A program made the position numbers and the translations under genes. DNA of 64,000 nt from an uncultured delta proteobacterium (GTDB taxonomy: Bacteria; Desulfobacterota; WTBG01; CAIYCZ01; CAIRTM01), in the NCBI GenBank assembly GCA_963804955.1, contig CAWDSQ010000024.1, positions 173,423 through 237,422 of the forward strand, written 5' to 3'. A model generated the notes under the pieces. The model did not search any database, was not told where the DNA came from, and was given only the letters and a program-made list of their open reading frames with translations. Shown here in pieces: positions 56,463 through 64,000 of the stretch. Numbering within the stretch: position 1 is the first letter of the stretch; each line of letters starts with the position of its first letter.

Positions 56463-59397
56463 GTGATCCTGAAATTGATTGAAAAAATATTCGGCAGTGA
56501 CAATGCCCGGGAAATAAAGCGCATTGAACCGATCGTCGAGCATATCAACAGCTTTGAACCGGATATGGAGAAAAGAACCGACGATGAGCTGAAATGCTTT
56601 AACCGGCGAATTCAAAAAGCGCCTGGCTGAAGGGGAAACACTGGATGAAATTCTCCCTGAAACATTTGCCTGTGTTCGCGAGGTGTCACGGCGCGTTCTG
56701 GGCATGAGGCATTTTGACGTGCAGATGATCGGCGGCATCGTGCTGCATCAGGGAACAATATCGGAAATGGCCACAGGTGAAGGCAAGACGCTGGTGGCCA
56801 CGCTACCGGCCTATCTTAATGCGCTCACCGGCAAAGGCGTTCATATCATTACCGTTAACGATTATCTTGCACGTCGCGACCGTGAATGGATGGGTAAAAT
56901 ATTTGAATTTCTCGGACTGACGGTGGATGTTATCACCCACGATATCTCGCAGGAGCAGAGAAAACAGGCCTATATGGCCGACATCACCTACGGCACCAAC
57001 ACGGAATTCGGCTTTGATTACCTGCGCGACAATATGTCCATCGACGCCGAACATCAGGTGCAGCGCAGCCACTACTTCGCCATCATTGACGAGGTTGACA
57101 GCATTCTCATCGACGAGGCCCGCACGCCGCTCATCATCTCCGGCCCTGTCGAGCGCACTGACCGGCAGTACTTTTCCGAACTGAAGATACCGGTCGAGCG
57201 CCTGATGAAAAGCCAGAACAGCCTGGTGAGCGAGTTGCTCAACGAGTCTGAAAAGCTGCTTAACGAGGGCAAGGAGTATGAAGCGGGCATCAAGCTCCTG
57301 CAGGTAAAGCGGGCCGCACCGAAAGCCAAGCGCTTCCTGAAACTGTCCAAGGAGGGGCACACGAAAAAGCTTATCGATGAGGTCGAGGTCGACTATATGC
57401 GCGATAAGCGCATAGGCGAGCTCGATGCCGATCTGTTTTTCAGCATAGATGAGCGCTCCAACACCATCGACGTGAGCGACAAGGGGCGGCATGCCCTGTC
57501 ACCCAACGACCCGGACTTTTTTATTCTGCCCGATCTCAGCATGGCCGATATCGATGCGGACCTCCCTGAGCAGGAACGCATGGAGCGCAAGCAGAAAATA
57601 GAGCGCGATTTTGCCGTCAAAAGCGAAAAGCTTCAAAACGTTTCCCAACTGCTCAAAGCCTATTCTCTTTTTGAAAAAGATGTCAATTATGTGGTCACCG
57701 ATGACGGCAAGGTTCAGATCGTCGACGAGTTCACCGGCCGCATGCTGCCCGGGCGCCGCTACAGCGACGGCCTCCACCAGGCACTGGAAGCCAAGGAAAA
57801 CGTTCGCATTGAGGGAGAAACGCAGACATTTGCCGCCATCACGATTCAAAACTACTTCCGCATGTATGAAAAGCTCTCGGGCATGACGGGTACAGCGGAA
57901 ACCGAGGCCCCCGAATTTCTGAAAATATATAAGCTGAAGGTGATAGTCATTCCAACCAACAGGCCGGTGCGCAGGACCGACTATGCCGACGTGGTGTACA
58001 AAACCAAGAAGGAAAAATACCGTGCCATTATCAGTGAAATTGAAAAGATGCATGACATGGGCAGACCAACCCTTGTCGGCACGGTTTCGGTTGAAGCATC
58101 GGAGCTTTTAAGCCGCATGATCCCGAAGCGCATCAAGCACTCCGTGCTCAATGCCAAGCGGCACAAGGAAGAAGCTGAAATCGTTGCCGGCGCGGGCCAG
58201 GCCGGCGCAGTCACCATCGCCACAAACATGGCCGGCCGCGGCACCGACATCAAGCTGGGCAAGGGCGTTATCAAATGCCCTGTCCAGTGCTGCCTCAGCT
58301 GCGAGATTGAGCGCGAGGACGGATGCGCTGCCTGCCCAGATCCCGAAAAAAAAGGGGCCAAAAAAACAGAGTGCTTCAAGGACGTCCCCTGCGGACTGCA
58401 TATAGTCGGCACAGAGCGGCACGATGCCCGCCGCATCGACCGGCAGCTGCGCGGGCGTTCGGCACGCCAGGGCGACCCGGGCTCATCAAAGTTCTTTCTC
58501 TCGCTTGAAGATGACCTGCTGCGCATTTTCGGCGCTGAGCGCATCTCCAATATCATGGACCGCTTCGGCATCGAGGAGAATGAGCCCATTGAGCACAAGC
58601 TGATAACCCGCGCCATAGAAAATGCGCAGGGCCGTGTTGAAGGCCACAATTTTGAAATCAGAAAGCACCTGCTTGAATATGACGATGTCATGAACAAGCA
58701 GCGCGAGATCATCTATGAGCTGCGAAACCGGGCGTTGAAAGATCCTTCGCTGGAGGACCTGGTGCAGGAGTACATCGGGGTTCTTGCCGGAAATATTCTC
58801 GATGAGTTTTTCGGCAGGGGAATTCCTAACGATGAAATCGACTTGAAGGGTTTTCGTGAGGCCATTTTCCTGCAGTTTTCGACAGCCCTGTTCATTACGC
58901 ACGAGCAGCTGACGCAGCTCAAAGAGGATGAGCTTGACCGGTTCGTTCTTGATGAAATCAACAAGACCTATAAAGCCAAGGAGCAGCAAATCGGCGCGGA
59001 AATGCTGCGCAACATTGAAAAATGGCTGTACCTCAGGATTCTTGACGAAACATGGAAAGATCACCTGCTCGATATGGATCACCTGCGCGAAGGTATCGGC
59101 CTGCGGGGCTATGCCCAGCAGGATCCGCTTCGCGAATACCAGAAAGAAGCCTATGACCTGTTTTTGAATCTTGTTGACCGGCAGAAAAAAGAGTTTATCG
59201 AGAAGCTCTTCATGGTGCAAATCATGCCCCGCGAGGAGCTTGAGCGCAAGCCCGAGCAGCCCAGCAAATTCGTGCTGAGCCGCGGGGAGCAGGAAACTGA
59301 AAAAAAGCCGACGATCCGAACTGCGCCCAAAGTCGGCCGCAATGACCCCTGCCCCTGCGGCAGCGGTAAAAAATACAAAAAATGCTGCGGCGCCTAG
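56463..59397 (+). CDS. secA: Preprotein translocase SecA (frameshift near 56595)
   Basis: [75 protein letters not shown]. Confidence 0.97.
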
Positions 59398-59496
59398 CCG
59401 ATACGTTAATGTATTTTGCACATAATGGCGGACGGACAGATTAACCGGATTCGACCTTTACCATTAAACAGCACGACTTTTTTTAAGTAGTAAAGC

Positions 59497-60696
59497 ATGA
59501 AAACATTTTCATATAAAAAAGGCGTCCCGGGATTCCGGTTTTCCGGAGTTGCCGGGGGCCTGAAAAAAAACGGCAAAAAAGACATCGGCCTTATCCTGGC
59601 CGATGCACCGTGCACAGCTGCGGCTGCTTTTACAAAAAATATTGTCAAGGCAGCTCCGGTCCTCATCGGGCAAAAGAGGCTTAAAGCAGGCATGGTTCAG
59701 GCTGTTCTGGTTAACAGCGGCAATGCCAATGCATGCACAGGGCCGCAGGGAATTATCGACGGCGAGACTGCAAGCGCAGCCCTTGCACGGGAGCTTGGCA
59801 TCAGGCCAGGCCTTGTCGTACCATCGTCAACCGGCGTTATAGGCGTGCCTCTTCCCGTAGAGAAACTGGTGGCGGGAGTACCTTCGCTGGTAAAAAATGC
59901 CGCACCAGGGGCGATTTCAGATTTTTCAGACGCCATAATGACGACCGATACGTTCCCGAAAATCATCGCTCTTCAGGACACAATTGACGGGCACATGATA
60001 AGAGTTTGCGGTGTAGCCAAGGGAGCCGGTATGATCATGCCCGACATGGCAACCATGCTTTCCTATATCGTCACAGATGCCTCCATCGACCGGAAACTTT
60101 TGGCGGCTCTGGTTCGTGAAAAAGTTGAGCTCACCTATAACCGCATATCCGTTGATGGCGATATGAGCACCAACGACACCGTGCTGGTGCTTGCAAGCTG
60201 CAAGTCAAAAATATTAATAAATTCTGCAAAATCAAATAGTTATAAAATATTTTCTAATCTTATTTATGAGGTCATGAAACGGCTTGCACGCCTCATTGTG
60301 CAAGACGGCGAGGGAGCAACAAAGCTGCTGCTGATACACCTCAGGAATGCAAAAACCGCAGCCCAGGCAAAGCAGGCCGCCATGACGGTTGCCAATTCAC
60401 CGCTGGTGAAAACAGCCTTCTTCGGGCAGGATTACAACTGGGGCCGGATTATGGCGGCCCTGGGCAGATCGGGCGCGCAGTTTGACATGGCTAAAGTCGA
60501 TATCTTTTTCAACGGGATACAAAGCGTACAAAATGGGCAGGGAGTCACGATAAACATCGGACGACTGAAAAAAATTATGGAAAAAAATTGCATAGAAATT
60601 GTCGTAGACCTGAAGGCGGGCACAAAAGGCTGCGAAGTTACTACCTGCGATCTCAGCTATGATTACGTAAAAATCAACGCCGATTACACAACCTAG
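59497..60696 (+). CDS. argJ: Glutamate N-acetyltransferase ArgJ
   Basis: NSGNANACTG, STGVIG, KGAGMIMPDMATML, STNDT, DGEGATK, INADYTT. Confidence 0.96.
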   Translation: MKTFSYKKGVPGFRFSGVAGGLKKNGKKDIGLILADAPCTAAAAFTKNIVKAAPVLIGQKRLKAGMVQAVLVNSGNANACTGPQGIIDGETASAALARELGIRPGLVVPSSTGVIGVPLPVEKLVAGVPSLVKNAAPGAISDFSDAIMTTDTFPKIIALQDTIDGHMIRVCGVAKGAGMIMPDMATMLSYIVTDASIDRKLLAALVREKVELTYNRISVDGDMSTNDTVLVLASCKSKILINSAKSNSYKIFSNLIYEVMKRLARLIVQDGEGATKLLLIHLRNAKTAAQAKQAAMTVANSPLVKTAFFGQDYNWGRIMAALGRSGAQFDMAKVDIFFNGIQSVQNGQGVTINIGRLKKIMEKNCIEIVVDLKAGTKGCEVTTCDLSYDYVKINADYTT

Positions 60697-60714
60697 CTAA
60701 AGACCTATGCTAAT

Positions 60715-60755
60715 AAAAAACACGGCATCCCATGAACAGGGCGCCGCGTTTTTTT
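60715..60755. terminator. Probable bidirectional terminator between argJ and tatA
   Basis: AAAAAACACGGCATCC...GGGCGCCGCGTTTTTTT imperfect stem flanked by A and T tracts. Confidence 0.55.
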
Positions 60756-60771
60756 GTTCAGTATGTTATGG

Positions 60772-60957
60772 CTACTTTTTATCGTTGATCTCTTTTTTAG
60801 CCGCTTCGTCGTCATCTTCCTGACCGCCCACAGCCTTTTTGAAATTTTTAATTCCCTGCCCCAGCCCCTTGCCGATGTCCGGCAGCTTGCCCGCGCCGAA
60901 AACAATAAGCACGATGACAAGGATTATGATCATTTCCGTCATGCCCATGCCAAACAT
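60772..60957 (-). CDS. tatA: Tat translocase TatA
   Basis: [32 protein letters not shown]. Confidence 0.9.
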   Translation of the reverse strand: MFGMGMTEMIIILVIVLIVFGAGKLPDIGKGLGQGIKNFKKAVGGQEDDDEAAKKEINDKK

Positions 60958-61361
60958 AAAAGCTCCTGCATATAAAGTTGTCTTTGTTATCAAGATATAC
61001 TGCTGCGCTGCAAATGGCAAGGAAAAATGGAGGCGGGGGAAATGACGAAATGTTACAATTTCAATGATTTAAAAAATGCACAGCGCAGTCATTATAACAG
61101 CCGAACTGCCATGGAGAAGAGAATTTTATTTGATTTTTCTATTTTAATGTATACTAATATTATAAGATTTGAACTCATAGCGGGCTGATACGGTTCAGGA
61201 TTCTTTACAGGCATCCTGCCGTGAAAGCCCAGGCTTGCAGGCGGTGATCATCACTTGCTTCGGAAAATAAGGGGCACTAGTCGGCAAAAAGCAATTATCG
61301 CCTTGGCAGGGGGTGTCATGTAATCCCCCACCCTTTTAAACTCATTTAAAAAGGAGCACCT

Positions 61362-61544
61362 ATGAACAGGATTGATGAAGAATTCAGAAAAGGCTTTGAG
61401 ATGGGTCTGGACGGAAAAGAGGAAAGTGAGCTTTTTTTAGACAACATCAACATATTCCGCGCCGATGAAGAAAAAAGGGCTCGCCAGCGGGGCTTTGAAG
61501 CGGGCCGGAAAGAGCTGGAGTTTCGGAAACGCGGGCTTCGTTAA
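61362..61544 (+). CDS. Small charged hypothetical protein (60 aa)
   Basis: Strong AAGGAG RBS; internal repeat RKGFEMG / QRGFEAG. Confidence 0.6.
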   Translation: MNRIDEEFRKGFEMGLDGKEESELFLDNINIFRADEEKRARQRGFEAGRKELEFRKRGLR

Positions 61545-61590
61545 AATTTCACCGCTGCCGAATCCCGGATGACCTGTTAATCAGGCTCAG

Positions 61591-61845
61591 ATGAGCGCAG
61601 TGGTCAGACTACCCAGCAAAAAAGCCTGGTGCGTTATGTGGAAAATTGCTGCCATTGTGGGTCTTATTGTTTTTCTTGTCGCCGATTCGATATACCTCTA
61701 CCAGCGGTTAAAAACATACTGGCAGAAAGCCTCCCGGGAAAAATCAGGGCCGCATGATAAAAGATGGAAATTGGGGCTTTCATCTTTGGATATTCCCTTG
61801 GGCAAGCAGCCGGAAAAAGACCGCACTCGGCCGGAAAAAAACTGA
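61591..61845 (+). CDS. Small hypothetical membrane protein
   Basis: One hydrophobic segment then charged tail; start uncertain. Confidence 0.35.
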   Translation: MSAVVRLPSKKAWCVMWKIAAIVGLIVFLVADSIYLYQRLKTYWQKASREKSGPHDKRWKLGLSSLDIPLGKQPEKDRTRPEKN

Positions 61846-61942
61846 TATCGCCTGTTCCCCGCAATGCGCTTTCCTTTCAATCCAGTCGCAATTAAACCAT
61901 CATACGAATAGCCCGCCAGGCGGTACATCATTGCACTATTTT

Positions 61943-62630
61943 ATGCTAATGTTCATACTGGTAATTTCATGGAGCGCTTTCGGCATGGAGCAAAGCATAA
62001 AACCTGAACGCGAAATCTGGTTTCAAAAAGACATAAAGGAAATGCTGAAACAGGACGCATCAGCCCCGCCTTCGCAGGGAGCTGTTCTTTTCCTTGGCAG
62101 CAGCATAGTACGCTTCTGGGCAACGCTTGCACGTGATATGAGCCCGCTGCAGGTCGTTAACCGGGCCTTTGGAGGCGCCCGCACATGGGAAGTTCTCCAT
62201 TATATGGACAGAATCGTTCTACCATGCAAGCCCGCGGTCATCGCCTACTACTGCGGCAGCAATGATATTGAATACGGCAGCCGGGCAGAAGGACATAGTC
62301 ATGCGTTTCCGGCAATTTTGCGAGCGGGTGCATGCCTCATTGCCCGAAACGCGCATATTTTTTATCTCCATTAATAAAGCACCGCAAAAGATTGAAAAAT
62401 GGAGCGAAATAGACGCGGCAAATGGTCTGGTTGATGCCTATTGCAAGAGTGTTAGAAAGGTGGATTATATCGACATAAACCCTGTTTTTTTCACCCCCGG
62501 GGGCAAACCCCGCCACGAACTCTATATCAGCGACGGGCTTCACTTGATGCCCGATGCTTATAAGGAACTAACGCGCATAATCAAACCCGCTATTGAGAAG
62601 GCCTGGCAGGAAACACATACAAACAGGTAA
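61943..62630 (+). CDS. SGNH/GDSL-family hydrolase (frameshift near 62285)
   Basis: FLGSS, NRAFGG, YCGSND, DGLH. Confidence 0.85.
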
Positions 62631-62786
62631 CCGGGTGAAAAGCAGCCTGCTGTTGTATCAGTATCCTCCCTTTTTCCCGCCTCCATGATTGACTCCGTGG
62701 GTGTCAGTCATAAAGCAGGGCTTAAACAGCAGGATGCATGGAGAAGCAGCAAACGGATAACAGCCATACCACGGAGCGGCAAAGCC

Positions 62787-62816
62787 AAAAAAAGCGGGGC
62801 CATCAGTTGCCCCGCC
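62787..62816 (-). terminator. Rho-independent terminator
   Basis: Minus strand GGCGGGGC-AACTGATG-GCCCCGC-TTTTTTT. Confidence 0.75.
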
Positions 62817-62843
62817 TTCTGCTTAACACCTGCGTGTGAAAAA

Positions 62844-64000
62844 CTACTCCACCGCAATGCCCAGCCACTGCAGCAGCCAGCCGGATTCCATGCCCCGCAG
62901 GATGAAATCGATATCCATACGCAGTTTAAAACTTGCATGACTCTGCATGTCGAGCAGAAACTCATATATTTCTACCAGATTGTCTCCTGCCATGGGGGCA
63001 TCACCCTTTTGCAGAAGCTCGCTCACTGCCTGCATATTGCTTCGGGTGATACCGTTGAACCGGGTTCTCAGATCAGGCTCCGCGCCCAAAATATCGCTTA
63101 TCTCAGCCATATTCTGGTAATACATGGAGGTAAGGACAGCACCAATGGCAGTAGCTATCTTTGCCTGCCTAAGCTGGCGCAAAGTTTTTAGATTGCCCGT
63201 ATTGTTTCCTGCAGCTTTGCTAAAGGAACATATAGTGCCTGATATACTCGTGGTTGTATTGGAAAGGGTTGTTGTTGTCGACGTCGTGAGATTTTCAGAG
63301 GAATACTGAAGTACGGTACCATTACCGCCAACGGCAAAGACATTGCCGGCCGAACTCCCCCATACGCTGTTCAGAGATTGTGTTGTCGGGCTGAGCCTGC
63401 AGCGACCAGGATGTGCCATTGTAGTGAAGGATGGTTCCGTTTGCGCCTACGGCAAAAACATCGCTGCCCGAACTGCCCCAGATACTATACAGTATTTCCG
63501 TGGTCGGGCTCGTCTGATTCGACCAGGATGAGCCGCCGTAGTGGAGTATGGTGCCATTTGCGCCCACAGCAAACACATCGCTGCTCGAACTGCCCCAGAC
63601 ACTATTAAGCTGGTTGGGTGTCGGGCTCGTCTGCAACGACCAGGGGGGTATGACGGATGCGCCGTTATAGTGGATTATGGCGCCAGCAGAGCCCACAGCA
63701 AACACATCGCTTGCCGAACTGCCCCAGACGCCATTTAAAGATTGTATTGTCGGGCTAGTCTGCAATGACCAGGGTGTGCCGGTATAGTGGAGTATGGTGC
63801 CAGCAGAGCCCACGGCAAACACATCGCTTGCCGAACTGCCCCACACACAATTTAACGATTGTATTGTCGGACTGGGATTGACAAGCGACCAGAATGTGCC
63901 GTTATAGCGAAGGACCGTGCCGATCACGCCAACGGCAAACACATCGCTGCCTGATTGCCCCCACACATGGTTTAACGGTTGAGGTATCGGGCTCGTCTGC
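62844..64000 (-). CDS. Repeat (probable beta-propeller) surface protein, 5' truncated, frameshift near 63400
   Basis: Repeated ~39-aa unit LN.VWGSS.SDVFAVG..GTILHY.G..WS; Thr-rich linker; Cys-initiated C-terminal domain. Confidence 0.8.

Noticed and set aside
61182..61230. Hammerhead ribozyme (CTGA...GAAA)
   Set aside because: Core reads CUGAUAC rather than CUGANGA and no three-way junction with a cleavage triplet is evident; kept only as an unassigned structured RNA

Overview
Core-chromosome segment of an anaerobic, lipid A-containing bacterium. Gene content suggests a deltaproteobacterium (Desulfobacterota-like); this is an inference, and the 16S was not classified. The window holds the 5' part of an rRNA operon on the minus strand (two consensus promoters, 16S, tRNA-Ile, tRNA-Ala, start of 23S) and housekeeping blocks: zapB-zapA-rny-tyrS; tatB-tatC; rpmH-rnpA-yidD-yidC-jag-mnmE; rplU-rpsF-rpsR-rplI-dnaB; dnaK; ispE-prs-rplY-pth; trxB; trpF-secA-argJ; tatA; tRNA-Glu; tRNA-Met. 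About 20 genes, many essential, carry single-base frameshifts. These are best read as uncorrected long-read errors, and such genes are annotated across the shifts. No integrase, transposase or CRISPR array was seen. Most notable: (1) an NtrY kinase followed by an NtrX-like regulator (receiver, degenerate AAA+, HTH-like segment) fused in frame to a complete LpxC, upstream of a histidine phosphatase, a U32 pair and a second DnaJ; (2) a PorD / truncated PorB / NuoE / NuoF redox operon with no alpha subunit and an altered FMN motif; (3) an RpoD-like sigma factor behind a well-matched sigma-54 promoter, next to a sigma-54 activator; (4) an MglA GTPase fused to acidic 20-aa repeats in a TPR/DUF4388 cluster without mglB; (5) a SecA with a long insertion and an 8-Cys insert; (6) two unexplained structured non-coding regions.
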